From: Adineta vaga
Lineage: Eukaryota > Animalia > Rotifera
Reading direction: 5' to 3'
NCBI GenBank assembly: GCA_021613535.1
Contig: CP075496.1
Span: forward strand, 3,782,001 to 3,846,000
Length of the DNA stretch: 64,000 bases
Shown: one piece after another, positions 26,385 to 40,150 of the stretch
Numbering within the stretch: position 1 is the stretch's first letter
Layout: every line of letters begins with the position of its first letter
Program-made: the position numbers and the translations under genes
Notes under the pieces: generated by a model
The model's database searches: none
Told to the model about the DNA's origin: nothing
What the model saw: the letters and a program-made list of their open reading frames with translations, nothing else

Positions 26385-29068
26385 GATCAATGAACTGATA
26401 GATTCGCCCCTGGACATCTTTTGTCTTTATCAATAGCATTCGAAAATTATTTGTGTAATGCCAAGACTGAGAAGCAGATTTCAGCATCTGATCTTACTGT
26501 AATGACTTTTCCTCGTTCGTAGAGACTCATATGTCAAATCACTGTTTGCTTGACTCGAAAAATGTTCTAATGATGTGTGACTTAACTTTCCTAAAATCTT
26601 CCAAATTCCAGATTTGTCTTTCGTTAAACGGTTATAATATTTTAACATCTCTTTCTCTTCTTTTCATTGTAAAATCCAATAACACATATACATCGATCGA
26701 TAGGTCATTCAATCATGACTGGCATTTTTATTTTCGTCGTGTTAATTTATATCATCGTCGTCCGTCTATGAATGTTATCGTTTTCTCACTATATAAACAG
26801 TAGAAATGTGCATATTCGGATGTAAACATTTCTTATTTGATTCTTAATTTTTGTTCGAATGAAATGTTATCGTCCAACGAATCACAACTTAAAATTATTC
26901 TTGGAGATACTAAAGAAGAAAAAATACAAGTGAATTTTATTCTTCATTGTGTGATCGAAAACAACTTTTTTTTTAGTTTTTAACAAACATCATCAATAAT
27001 CAGGCCGCAAATCAAGATAAAAAAAATAAGTCGCTTCAACTACGTGTAGGAATCAATTATGAACTTAAACGATGGCAAGGTAGATCAAAGCCTAATGTTT
27101 TCTACTGAATTATTCTTTTTCTTAAAGACGTAATCAATGATATCAATACACTTCAACAAACGATCAATACTGCTGAACTTCAAGTTATGAAAAGGTAGAC
27201 ATTTTTCAACACTCAGAATAATAATATACTTTTTCTTCAGTAAAGCAACTATACAGGAATGTTGCCGCAAAGAACGTATCTCAATAATGGATATGGTTCA
27301 CAATGGAGGTAAGTGTAGAAGTTTTATCCTACGTCTTCATTACAGTATTCTATTCTCATTTAGAGCATACCGATGAAATCGAACTGCATTTTTTTAATAT
27401 TAGTCAAAGATCCGTCGATGATTTTATTGAAGGTACATTCTTCTTGACATAAATTATTTACATATATTGTTTTGCGTTTTAGGTCAATCTGTAACAAAAG
27501 GTCGTGGTTCAACTGCTACAACAAACAAAAGACAAAAAAAATTTACTTAAATCCACTTATTCAAGAAAGAAGTTTATATGGGCTGATGTTTTTGATAGGA
27601 ATTTGATATTCTTGTATAATTAATGATTCATTTAATTTGTTTTCTAATTGTATGTTCATATCCAGATACATGTTTCTGTGATTATGATTGTTGTGTAAAA
27701 TTTGATTCTTGTAGTTTTCTTTTTCTTATGTTTGACAATGACTTTATTCATCAGAATAGAGATAAGAAAGAAAAGGCTATTTTTATTCAAATATTTGGAA
27801 TTAGGATATAAAAGTTTCTATATGATTGAAGCTAAGACTATCATCAAGGGATTTCGATAGAATTGGAACTAAGAACCTAAACAATTCTATTTTGCTCTTC
27901 CCATCTCTGTAGGAAAGCGCGTTAATTTATATTACCAATACAGAAAAACAAAATACTAAGTTTTGCTGGAAAAAACTATGTTCATTACTTCGTCAACTAT
28001 GATATGATTTTTTAACAGTTAACAGCGGCTTTCAGAGTTATGAAAACTAGTGATGAATTGACCGTATTTTTCTCAATGAGCAGAAGAGAATTGTATATTT
28101 TGTTTTGATTTCCTCCATTCACAATGATTGATAAATGTGTAGAAAAATAGTGTGTTTGATAATAAGTTTTGAGAGAACCAACACGAATACAAAAATGAGT
28201 TTCATTAAGAAAGAAAAACAATTTTATTAAACACGCTCATAATTCATTGGATTGCAAATTATTATTTGAATCTAAATAGTAAGAAGCAGTACTATAAATA
28301 CATGATGCATACTCAAATGAAAAAGCAAAAGATTGCTTGTAATAGGTAGTTCGTCCAAAGGAATATTTTTTAAACAGTTCTTCAGTTTCAGTTGTGTATA
28401 ATTCACGTAGACCAAAGATGACAGATTGAAGATGAGATACATTTACGATTGTCAATAAAATATGTGTAGAGATGATTGTTTGTTAGATCTATCGAAGGAG
28501 AGAACAAAGAATAATCATCGAGTTTTCGAGTTAAACCAGAATGGGTGTGGGTGAGATTGATGTGTAAATATGCTGCCTTCACCCACACCCTTAAGATCCA
28601 GTATCATAACGGTAAATACCTATACAAATAGAGAAAAATTCAGGTTCAAGAAGCAAACATAGGATACTAGCAACCTTATTCGTTTTTAGTTCATTAGCAA
28701 GGATAATAGATCCGCGAGGTCCGATATTGTTTTCATTAAGCGCAAGCTCTACGAGTGTCTTTGTAAAAAAATCAAAAATATTTTATGTTTGGTTAGGCGA
28801 AGTCAAGAAAAGTTACTGTATTATTTCTCAAGTTTTCAACGAGAAATCCGACTCCATGTTCTCCAGTGTCGTTGCTATGAAGAATAAGTGTTCGCAGTGA
28901 CTAAATAGAGACACACTAGAAATGGAAGATAATGATAATGGAGAATAAGAATTACTGTATTTTTTTAATCTACGAGTTATATCTAAGCACGAGTTTGGTT
29001 TGTGTCTGAGGGTATGCGCGCGATGGCGAGGATGAGAGAAAAGAATAACAACACCCAACTCCTCAACC

Positions 29069-29743
29069 AAAAGTATTTCTAACAATTGAAAGATTTCTTG
29101 CTGTAAAATATTGGATTCGAAATCGATACAATATCAATTCAACTCACTCAAAACAAATCAATCGTTCACGACAAACAAAACTTTTGCTTTTCATTCTTAT
29201 CTTATTACTTTCCAGTATCATCAGTCAACATCCAAATACATTTCCAAATCGATTTGTATCTACACATATTGATCCTGCTCGTTTACTAATTGATAGTAAA
29301 CCTGATCGATATTTTTATTATGGAAATTCTGTTTTCAATGGTATTCTCTTTACTATAATTAGTTATATAACTCTCGATGATCTTTTACCAATTCTATTAC
29401 TATTTCTATGTAATACATCTCTTTCCTATCAAATAACGATATTTTCAATATTTGTCGTGCCAAGATCGTTTATGGTTGTATTTAATCTATATGGTAATCA
29501 AGACCATATCGATGATACAATTATTTCTGTCGTATTTCATACGTGTCAAGGTATGAAGATCTATATAGTACATTTCATAATTTATCTTTCTTCTATCTAG
29601 GTCTTGAAATGATTAATCATGCAATAACTGGTTATGCATCATTTCTAAGCTGTCGAGCTTTACGAAAAGAATTAATTAAAACTCTTCGAATAATATACGA
29701 AAAATTGAAACTAAAAAAGACAATGTCAGAATTGTCCACATGA
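29069..29743 (+). pseudogene. 5'-truncated duplicate of the class A GPCR
   Basis: Starts within TM3, lacks TM1-2, has lost RHLPTVTSRKLTDSILILFFL in frame and carries several amino-acid substitutions. Confidence 0.85.
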
Positions 29744-30248
29744 TTTAATCATCAATTAATAAATAAATATTGTAACATTTCCTCTTTAACATAGTTTCAA
29801 TATTTTCAGACTGACTTTCTTTTCTATTCATAGTTGATCATATCTGATTACAGTCGTAAAAGGTTAGAGATATCTATTTTTATCTATATAATTATCAGAC
29901 ATGTTGCTCTTTCGACAAAAAAAAAGAATGAGTAGAAAAGGAGAAAATTGGAAGTGTTTTCATATTCGAATAAATGATGAATCGAAACAGATTCGTATAT
30001 ATTGGTTCAGGAATTGCTATTACAATTGTTTTATTCGTTGCTGGAATTCTTATCGGTCGTTTTGCTATACCAAGATCAACTGATAATGTTCATATAGACA
30101 ATAACTATTTTGAAGAAGAACAGAATGTGGTACGGAATGATTTGAAAGAAAAGTTTTTGGAGTTGATTAGTGCACAAGAAATAGAAGCAAGTCTTCGGTA
30201 AGAGAAAACGTCTGTGATGCTTAAAAGATTGAATAGTGGATTTTATTA
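29069..30248 (+). repeat. Direct segmental duplication, copy 2
   Basis: Aligns with 22530-23768, with a 63-bp deletion near 29436. Confidence 0.95.
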
Positions 30249-33209
30249 TAGAACTTCTGCTCGAGAAACTCATTTAGCTGGAACGGAGGATGATCGAAAT
30301 GAAGCAGAATCCATAGCGAATAGGTGGCGAAAACATGGTTTAGATGTAACTATTCATCCATACGATGTTTTACTTTCATATCCTGATGCTGTTCAACCAA
30401 ATTTGTATATACTCCTCATAAATGTTTTTGATAATAGTTGCAATATTTTTTTCTTAGTGTATCAATTATGGATTCAAATAATGATATAATCTTTCAATCT
30501 AATGGAAGTGAACCTGTATATGATGAGGATGATAAATCTTTACCATTTCATAATATTGTTCGGCCATTTCTTGCTTATACACCGAATGGAACTGTGAAAA
30601 GTCCAAGATTATACTATATAAATTATTGTACATTGGACGATTTTAAATTCATAGAGACCGTAATTAATAAAAATGATTTAGATGGAAGTATTGTGATCTG
30701 TCGATATGGAAAGATTTTTCGTGGCAATAAAGTACTTTTGAATAATCGTAGAATTATTCTTTAAAAATCTTTTTTTTCTTTTCATTTAGATTGGTATTGC
30801 CGAAAGATATGGTATTATTGGAGTGATTTTGTATAGTGATCCAATCGATGTTGGAAAGAATCTAACATATCCTAATTCAATTTACTTGCCAGAAATGGGC
30901 CAACAACGTGGTTCAGTATTACTTTTATCTGGAGATCCATTGACAATGCATTATCCTGCGAAAGGTATTTAACTGCAATCGGTTTCTGTTTACGACTATG
31001 ATTCACTAGTCATTTATTTTTAGATTATACATACAGAGCATCGATGGATGGTAATCGATGGTTACCAAAGATTGTTGCTCAACAGATCGGTTATCGAGAA
31101 GCACGAGAAATACTCAGGCAAGTCTATAGTCAGATTTCAAATCTATCCCATTGCTCCTCTTTTTCATTTCTAAGTTAAAATAGTAATCATCATCGACGAG
31201 AATCTTTCTTATTTTAGTCAAATGACAGGTACACCTGTTATCTCAAATTGGACTGGTGCTCTCGATCAAATAACATATGTTTACGGTGGTTTATTATCAA
31301 ATGAACGGTAAACAGATTTGATTAATTCTTTTATGATTACCTGATTTTGAATGGAGATTTTTAGAATAATACAAATATCATCATATAATAGTTTACAAAT
31401 TCGACGAATACATAACGTCATTGGGATAATTCCTGGCCATATCGAACCAGGTATGAATGAATTTTAAAGTCGATTCTATTTCATGATTCATATTTCTGTT
31501 AGATCGCTATGTACTTATTGGATCACATTTTGATGCTTGGAATTTTGGTGCACTTGATGATGGATCTGGTATTGCTGTTACTCATGAATTAGTACGTGTA
31601 TTTGCATCATTGATGAGACCAAGTAAAGTATTTTATATATGAAAGAAAAATATTGATCGATTCTTTGTTTTTAGATTGGAAACCAAGACGAAGTTTAATG
31701 TTTTGTGCATGGGCAGCTGAAGTAAACGATTTCAAGTAATTTTCACTGGAGATCATCTTTCTATCTTAGGAATATGGAATTATCGGATCAATCGAATTTG
31801 TTGAAGTAAAATCGTTTATACACTTGAAATGTTAATGATATTATATTTCTCTTTTGAAAAGGAATTTGCTAAAATATTAGGTACACGAGTTGTTTCTTAT
31901 CTTAATATGGATGTTCCTGTCACTGGTTAGATCTATTTTCTCTATTTTCATACACTTCTCTTGACTTTTAGGTAGTGAACTGATGTTATTGGGAATGTCT
32001 CCATTACTTTATGATTTTGCTATTGATATATCGAAACAGGTATAGATCGTTTTTTTACATTCTAATGCTAAAATTCAGTGTTTTTCTAAAGGTAAAAGCA
32101 CCGTATGTGCATGAAACAATCTATAAACAATGGATACGTATAAATAATGGCAGTGAAGATGTTGGCAAACAATTTTTGTAAGTTATTTTTGACACGATGA
32201 AAATTTCGGAGAATTTTATATACTTTGTCAGCACGATGGGACTTAGTGCAAATTCGGATTATACTGGTTTCAATCAAATTGCGGCAAGTTCAAATATTGG
32301 TATGGCGTATGTAGACAAAGTTAGTTTAATTGAAAAAGTCTTTTACGATCTCATAGTTCCATATAATGTTTTATTTAGTCTGGCCGAACAAGTGGTGGTA
32401 GTTATCCGTTATATCATACTCAATATGAAACTTTTCGATTAATGAAAACTTTTGTTGATCCTGATTTTCAAGTATGTTAAGATTTATTCGTGATTCAAAC
32501 ATACTCTTGATTTGTTAGGCTCATCAAGCAGTTGCACGTTTTATTGGTTTAGTAGCATTGACATTGACTGATATCGATTTACTTCCATTCAATCCTGTAC
32601 GATACCATCAAGCATTGATCAATTTACTTGAGTTAACAAAATCGGCTGCACCTGTATCAATCAATTTCAGTAATTTAATCGAGTTGTAATTTCACATAGA
32701 TGCTCTTTTATAAAAATCTTTTAGCATCATTACAAAATGCTATCGATCAATTTAAAATTGTTGCTGATCAATTCAATCATCGAGTTCAAACCACATTAGA
32801 TAAATCAAAGTACGTTGATTTTTGTATAATGATGATTTGCAGAATATGTTTATATATAAATCACTGTTCTAGACCTATACAACTTCGAATAATCAATGAT
32901 CAACTAATGCAACTTGAACGAGCATTTCAAAATCCATTAGGTAACAATATCGATCAATCCGATCTCAAGTAAGTAATTATAGAACATTCGTCAAAATCTT
33001 ATATTTGATAATATTTCATGTATGTATATAGACATGTAGTCTATGCACCCAGTCGAACAAATCGATATAATGCTCGTGGTTTTCCAAGTATAACCGATGC
33101 TATTGAAGATCGCAATACAACTCTTATTCAACAACAAATTTCAATCGTCACATACTTTATTCGATCAGCAATCAGTGTTTTACAAACACCTCACGTCATT
33201 CAAATATGA
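29974..33209 (+). CDS. Glutamate carboxypeptidase II / NAALADase-like M28B peptidase (type II membrane, many short introns)
   Basis: N-terminal TM, HLAGT, PA domain ([27 protein letters not shown]), zinc/catalytic motifs [25 protein letters not shown] and YPLYHT, and the C-terminal [11 protein letters not shown] / RHVVYAPS. Confidence 0.92.
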
Positions 33210-33378
33210 CAATATTAAAGATAGAAATAGAGTGAATATTTTCTTCTCTTCTTTCGGTTGACTAGTTTTGAAACTGGTTTCCTAGAATAAAATCTATTTA
33301 AACATTCACCATCTGTTTCTTTATACAAGGAGAAATTCAGTTACAGAAATGTAAATATATATATATGACATAAAAAGT

Positions 33379-36113
33379 TTAAATTCGTTGTTTTTCTGGT
33401 AATGACTGTGTTGTAGTTACGTTCATTGATATATTTTGTTGTTCTGATTTATAAAAGAGTCTACTGAATTGATATTTTGCTTGATTAAAATACAATTGAC
33501 AATGATTTAAAATCCATTCTTTGCTTGTTTGATAATTTAAGTGAATAAATTCGTAGAATCCAACAAATAAATTACGATATAATGCAACAACACGACGGTT
33601 ACAGACATAAACAACGAAAATAAATAGACCGGGTGTTGCATTAAGAAGAATAAATAAGTATTTAAATATCATTACAAGATAATGTTGAAAACCTTTGGGA
33701 CTATCGGGTAAAGCAAATAAAATAAATCCAATTGTCCAACCAAAACCAGCTAGAACAGCCATACGCATATAGATTTTAACATCATATTCACCGGGTACAA
33801 CTTGTTTTTTTCGTTGAAATTTACGTTCAACTTGTACTCGAACTGAAGAAAATGGAAACGTCATTAAACGATGATCGAAGAAATTATGAAAATGATTTTA
33901 TTCTTACCAGATTTTAAACCTCGCCGAATACTTCGAACTGTTAGTGCATAAAATATAAAATTGACGATGAGAATTATGGCAACAGGTACACCAAATAATA
34001 AGAATCGCATTAATGCTGATTCAATCCAACAACCTAAATAATTAATAGAATGTATACGATTCTTAGCTTATCTAATACAAGTCTTTAATGATTAATCACC
34101 TATTCATAAAATAACTTACCTTGTAGTGGTGCATCATTTTTCGTATGAAAACAAACATCATAACATCCACGAAAGTATCGTCCATAACATGGTTTCAATG
34201 ATGCATTTTTTGCATCTAGGATAATTCCAATGAGAACAATAAGAACTGGCATACCCCATGCATATAATGAATAATATGGTAAACGTTCACGAATTTCACA
34301 AACATAAAGTGAAAAACCTTTATGAAATGTTTTCCAAAGATCAAAAGCCATAACATTCATCCAGAAGAAACTTGCCAAAAAGAAAAAATGAATTCCTAAT
34401 GCAAATAATAAACATACACTTGGTCTTGTCATTATCAATAGACTTTGTAATAAAAATAAGATTTCTGCTAACATCAAAGCAATAATCAGATTGATTGTAT
34501 TACATCCAGGTAGATTACGTAATGACGAAAATGCTAGAAATGTGATCAACGTAATAGCTAAAGCAAATATGGATAGAATAATTGCAATTGTTGATAGAAA
34601 TCCTGGTGCTTTTTCAAAGAAACTTGGTTTACTTCCATCTGTTGTACCATTATGCGTATTATGTTTACATACAACAACATATAAATCTGATCGAAAATCA
34701 TCATAACGATATTCACGATTCGTATATAATCGGCCAGTGCGTTTGATACGAATCGAATGATTTTTATATTGAGTTACTTCACAAAGAGCTACACGCATTA
34801 CGAGACTATCTGGACAACGTTCAACAATTCGAGGTTGCCGAATGCATACGGAAACTAATTTACTTGATGTAGAATTTGTTGCTGGAGTTTTCGATGACAC
34901 ATCAGACTATACAAAGACACGAAAAGGAAATATTGAAAAATTCGAACTTGAAATGTTGAATATTACCGTTTGTTGTGTTACTGTTGAAACCATATATAGA
35001 TAAGTAAAGTCTCCACCTTCATATGTTGTTTCAAGTTCAGGTACATCAACGACATAATCAATTTCTCCCGACGGTTTTATTCGTCGACGTATTTCACCAT
35101 TTTTTGCCAGAAACATTACATCTGGATCATCGCAGAATTCTTGTCGAGTTTTATTTCTATCCGATACGATTGATAGTGTTTGAACAACGAATGAATAATT
35201 TTGACATAGATGAATCGAAGCATGACGTTCTGATGCAAGTAGAAGCAACGTAACGACATGTAAACCTGTCAATGTATCTTTTGATACATCATTTCGATCG
35301 GCAATAGAAAAATGAAAATTTAAAGTTACGGAATTGTTCTTATTCAATTGCTCAGTAATATATTCATTAGCGGATGAATTCAAAGGAATCATAGATGTAT
35401 TGTTATCTTTCTTTGGAGTTTTTCCTATAATTAAGTTTGATGGTTTATCATCTTGGATACTAAATCGAATTTTAATAATACGTTCATAATCGATTCCAAG
35501 ATAACCTAAATAATATCAAAAGTACATATTGAATTTGTTAACAAATCTTCATCGAAATATAAACTTACTCTTTAATGTTTCATGAAACATTTTTGCCCAA
35601 TCATTTGAACAAGATTCATTCATTCGACTATTGAGATGAACTGAAAAATTCGCACCTATATTTTCATCACGATTAGTTTGAGAAATAACAATAATTGTTG
35701 ATAAATCAATATCACTCATACGCTTATATGCATTCGTTGTATTTTTACTTTCATCCGGTATACATGTTGTTCCATTAAATTTATGATTTAATTCTTGACA
35801 ATAAATATCACGACATCTTCCCGTTGCTGGATCAAATAATTGCCCATATTTACAAAGTCCACCATCCACATAAACAACTTGTGATCCTGTGATGAAGAAA
35901 ACGTCAATATTGACATTATTATTGAATCATTCTTTCCGTGTCATTATCATATTCATGCTTACCTTGCATAATTTGAAATGATGTTGTTCCATCATTTTTA
36001 AAATTCATCAATAATGTTAATGATTGAGGAACACTAGCACGATTTCGACTTTGTCGTAATTTCGATTCAATCAATGTACTTTCAGATTTGATGAAGTTAT
36101 TTGGTATTGGATC
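33379..36113 (-). CDS. Adhesion/Methuselah-like family B GPCR, multi-exon; 5' end unresolved
   Basis: 7TM motifs LRNLPGCNTINL, HFFFLASFFWMNVMAFDLWKTF, YSLYAWGMP, GCWIE and GLFIFVVYVCNRRV; extracellular PQSLTLLMNF...CKYGQLFDPATGRCR. The most upstream exon found begins at an acceptor, not an ATG. Confidence 0.82.
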
Positions 36114-39100
36114 CTACGTAAGAAAACAAATCAATATTTTGACAAACATGACGTATAGATGTAGAAATCTTGCCTCAATTAATTCATTTGCACAAATAGA
36201 GACAATTTGAAATAGAAGTAAATAAATTATTGTAGTCATCATAATGATAGCGAATCAAATGATTAGAAAATATTCTCGGATTCTCTAAAAGACGGGTTTC
36301 TTTTACATTCGATTTTTCATTTTTATCATTCACTTTTGACTCGGCTATTATCAGTATCAAGTATAATAAAAATATCACCGCGCAGGCGCGAGAATCTAAA
36401 CAGATGTTTCATTCGTTTGTGCAGTCCAAGAGTTGATGTTCTTATCTTCCAAAATCATGCATTTTGAGTATTTTTACAATAAATGCTAAGTTACAGAAAT
36501 CAATAATTAATTTTTGTATCCAGGACCAAACGAAAAAAAAACTCGCTTTATTATTCATCAATAAAACTAAACGAATCCAATTAAATGACGTTTTAGCATT
36601 AATTTTGTTTTTCAAGGGTTTAGAAATAAAATAAATACTACGCATTTTATTTTCCTTTCCTGAACGACATCAAAACAATATTGATTGATAAAGAATCTAA
36701 ACCTTCATAATCCTTTTGTATGCAAAATGAATCTGATTACAATCAAATTCAATGAAGGAATAAATGATTGTAATCTTGAACGATAGATGAATTCTATAAG
36801 AATTGTTCATTTTTTTTCATGACATAAGTAATCTTCTATCTTTTCATATGCTTCATTTCTTGTCCGTTGTCATATAATAAGTCGCCGAAACAATTTTTCT
36901 GTCGTTATGAAGAAGAGAAAAAAAATGAAGTATGTATTACACAACTGACATGTCAGTAGTGAAGAAGTAGATTTCAATTAATTATTTATTTTAACAAAGA
37001 AATGGACACTCTTCAACTGAGATTATTTACTTTTACTTGAAAAAAAAAAGGTTTTTTTTCTTCTATAAGAATAATATTCTTCTTTTTGAACACAAAAACG
37101 ATGTGTTCAAAAAAAACTTGCTCCACTTGAATCAAATAATTTTAATAGATCTTTTTTTCTTTATTTCACGAAAGATTTACTCAAATAGTAGAGATTACAG
37201 TTCATTCAAATCAATTTGTACAATGACTACAGCTATTGAAGTGATAAATTACCCTCATAAAAACACAATTGATAGTCGTAGATGTCATTTTAATCAGCTA
37301 ACAGAAATAAAAAAAACGAGCAATCCAGGTAGAAATTGAACTCAAACAATGATTACTTTTCAACAATGAAAATGAAAAGTATTTGTGTATCTATTGTTAG
37401 TGATCAAGTTGTTGCAAACTAGCACATTCATCTAATTGAAATATTCATCAACGTTTGAGGACATCAAGTACGTCTGTTGCCCTATATATGGCAATTATTA
37501 GCAATGATTCGAGCGTCTTTTATTGACTTTATGCACCAGATTTTGATTGTTGAAGAATAGAAGAAAGAAAACTCTTGCTCTCTTTCTCTCTTTTGATTAT
37601 CATGTAGTGCATAATTATCGACTTTCAATTGTGTGAATATGTGTCGACATTATGTTCAGCACCGATAAGATGAAGAGAAAATGAGTTAGAAACACTTTCT
37701 TGTTGTTTCTCTCAAGAATGTAATCCTAATGAATGTGTCAAGTGTCTAGTAACAACGAGCTAATTGAATGTCGAGTATATCGCTCTACTCATAGTGTGGC
37801 TGTCAAAATAACATTGCAGTTCGATTTTCATGCTGAGATCAAAGAGATAAATATGCACATTGCATAAACCAATGCTGATATCCACTGTCGTTATTATCTT
37901 CGCTTGGATTGTATGTGTTTGTATGCAAGCTGGTAGTTGCACTTTTCTTCTTCGTTTCTTTTTTTTATTTGTTATATACATGCACCCATTCTTATTCACT
38001 TGATCCTGTGAATGAGCACGAGTGTGCCTTTGTACGATACTTTATCTTAACTTTTACGAGTCACACATGCACATGCACGCACCATCCATGGCCAATGCCA
38101 AACAATCATTCGTTTGTTCGTTTTTTTTATTCGCTACGTAAAGTCAAGGCTTTCTTCAGATTGAAAATTTCTATCCTATATATCCAGTTTGTTCAATTAT
38201 CAACTAAGTATAAGTCTTATATACACATACAAATATAGAGATTGATCTGTCTAAAGCTTCAAAGAAGAAAATTGAAAAATTGTAATTACACCATTTGTAC
38301 TTTAAATTTCTCTATTTCTTTTTCTTCTGACTCACATCTAGTCATCATGATAGCCCAAGTGGAAGAGTGAGTGAGAGAGAGAGCAAGAGTACGAGAAAGG
38401 AAAAAAAAGTCGGAAAGAGGTGAACTTTGTCTGCAAAAGAAAAAAAAGAAAAAGAAAAAGAAGAAGAAGAAAAAAACCGCCGACCTTCTCTTTGACTGTC
38501 ATGTGAACGCGTGCAATACTCTTTTGTACATGAGAACTGAAACAAAGAAAGAAGACAGACGGAAAGAAAGGTACTACGCTATATATACACACACATATAT
38601 ATATATATATACAATCAACGTCATGGCATCGCATGCCTCTCTTCCGGTCATAAGTATGTTGAATCTAGAAAAAAAAACGAGAGAATGCGAAGGAGAAAGA
38701 GAGAACAGAAGAAAAAAAGACTATTGACCAGTACCTGTAAGTAACAAAAAAGGCCTAGAAGAGAAAAGAATGAATGACAGGAAGGAAAGAAAGAATGAGT
38801 TTTACATATACCTCGTACTATTACAAATGGATACTATAAGTTTGCATCTCATCTTCATTTACTCTCGATTCGTCGTTTTTTTATTCTGTAAAAAAACCGA
38901 CGTAAAAGAAAGAGAAAGTGCCCATTCATTCATTCAACATAGAGTTTCGCTGATGCATACTACGACGATTACTACAACTACTACGACTTTTTGCTCTTGT
39001 TTCTTCAATACTGTCTTCGTCATAACGTTTACTCTGTCTGTTCTGTTCTTTCCTTCTCTTTCTCTGGTATTCTCCACTCTTAACTAATACTAGACGCTAT

Positions 39101-39315
39101 GCACGCATAATAATATCTACATCCTACATAGATAGATAGATATTATATACATACATACATACACACGTTTTTCATCTTCTCATCTGACAACACGCTTGGT
39201 TGTGCATTCGTTGTTGATGTTTTTTCTTCTCTCTCTCTTCTTTCTTTTTTATGTTATAAAACAACGATAAAAAAAGTAGGTATTAACCTTCATTTTTTCA
39301 AGATAAATATAAATT

Positions 39316-40150
39316 ATGCCAAGTGTTGATTCAAATTCATCTTATTCATCATCCGATTCATCTTTATCATCTCCGCGCGCACTTCTAACGGATATTCAAC
39401 ATTCACAAGCAATTCATCAACAAGAGAATTCAATGAGATCATCAACTAATAATACTTCACATGTATGTGTTACACGTTATAAAACAGAATTATGTCGACC
39501 ATTTACTGAAACTGGAAAATGTAAATATGGAGATAAATGTCAATTTTCACATGGAATGAAAGAATTAAGAATTTTAATGCGCCATCCAAAATATAAAACA
39601 GAATATTGTCGAACATTTCATACAAGTAAGAAATTATCATTTCATATCTTAAATTAATATTGTGTCAAATGAATTATTTAGCTGGCTATTGTCCATATGG
39701 TCCTCGATGTCATTTTATTCATGATGTTCATGAAGCACGACCAACTAGCAATGCAAATGAAACAACAACTCGACGACATTCCGATATACGAACGAATCAT
39801 TTGATACAAAAATCAACAGCAAGGTAAAGACAAAAATTTCAAATCAATTGAATTAAAAAATTTCATTTCATTTTAGAAATCGTCTTAACAGTGATCATGT
39901 AACATTGTCTTCTTCATCTCATCTAGTTAATAATTCTACTTCATCGAAACTTCCTTTTACCTTTGAAGAACTTAATCAAGCTTTACTCTCGTACGATATT
40001 GATGAGATATTTCATCAACAACAACAGCAAACACAACAACATCAAGATTTTTATCCGTCAATATTATCTACAATGACAAACTCATTAACACATCGTACGT
40101 TTTCATCATCATCATCATCGAACAGCAGTTTAGCTCCACAGTATATTTAA
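39316..40150 (+). CDS. ZFP36L: TIS11/ZFP36-family tandem CCCH zinc-finger ARE-binding protein (3 exons)
   Basis: [27 protein letters not shown] and, after splicing, [26 protein letters not shown]. Confidence 0.9.

Larger units (their letters stand above)
23769..29068. other. ~5.3 kb inserted segment of decayed ORF fragments and palindromic elements between the duplicates
   Basis: Unique sequence bounded by the two duplicate copies, with short stop-interrupted coding-like fragments (e.g. 24973-25450 minus, 27000-27310 plus). Confidence 0.7.

Noticed and set aside
25703-26487. Overlapping ORFs in the GC-rich elements
   Set aside because: Open frames arise from stop-poor palindromic DNA; no transposase motifs.
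28670-28715. Degenerate hammerhead ribozyme core (CTAATGA...GAA) on the minus strand
   Set aside because: Core mismatches and no convincing stems.
23769-29068. Insert as a Helitron or LTR element
   Set aside because: No TC...CTRR ends, no Rep/helicase or gag/pol remnants recognised, and the flanking repeats are host gene sequence rather than LTRs.
36184-39087. Lys/Arg- or Phe/Ser-rich ORFs here and at 8662-9274 and 40202-41161
   Set aside because: Translations of A/G-rich low-complexity promoter and UTR sequence with no domain signal.
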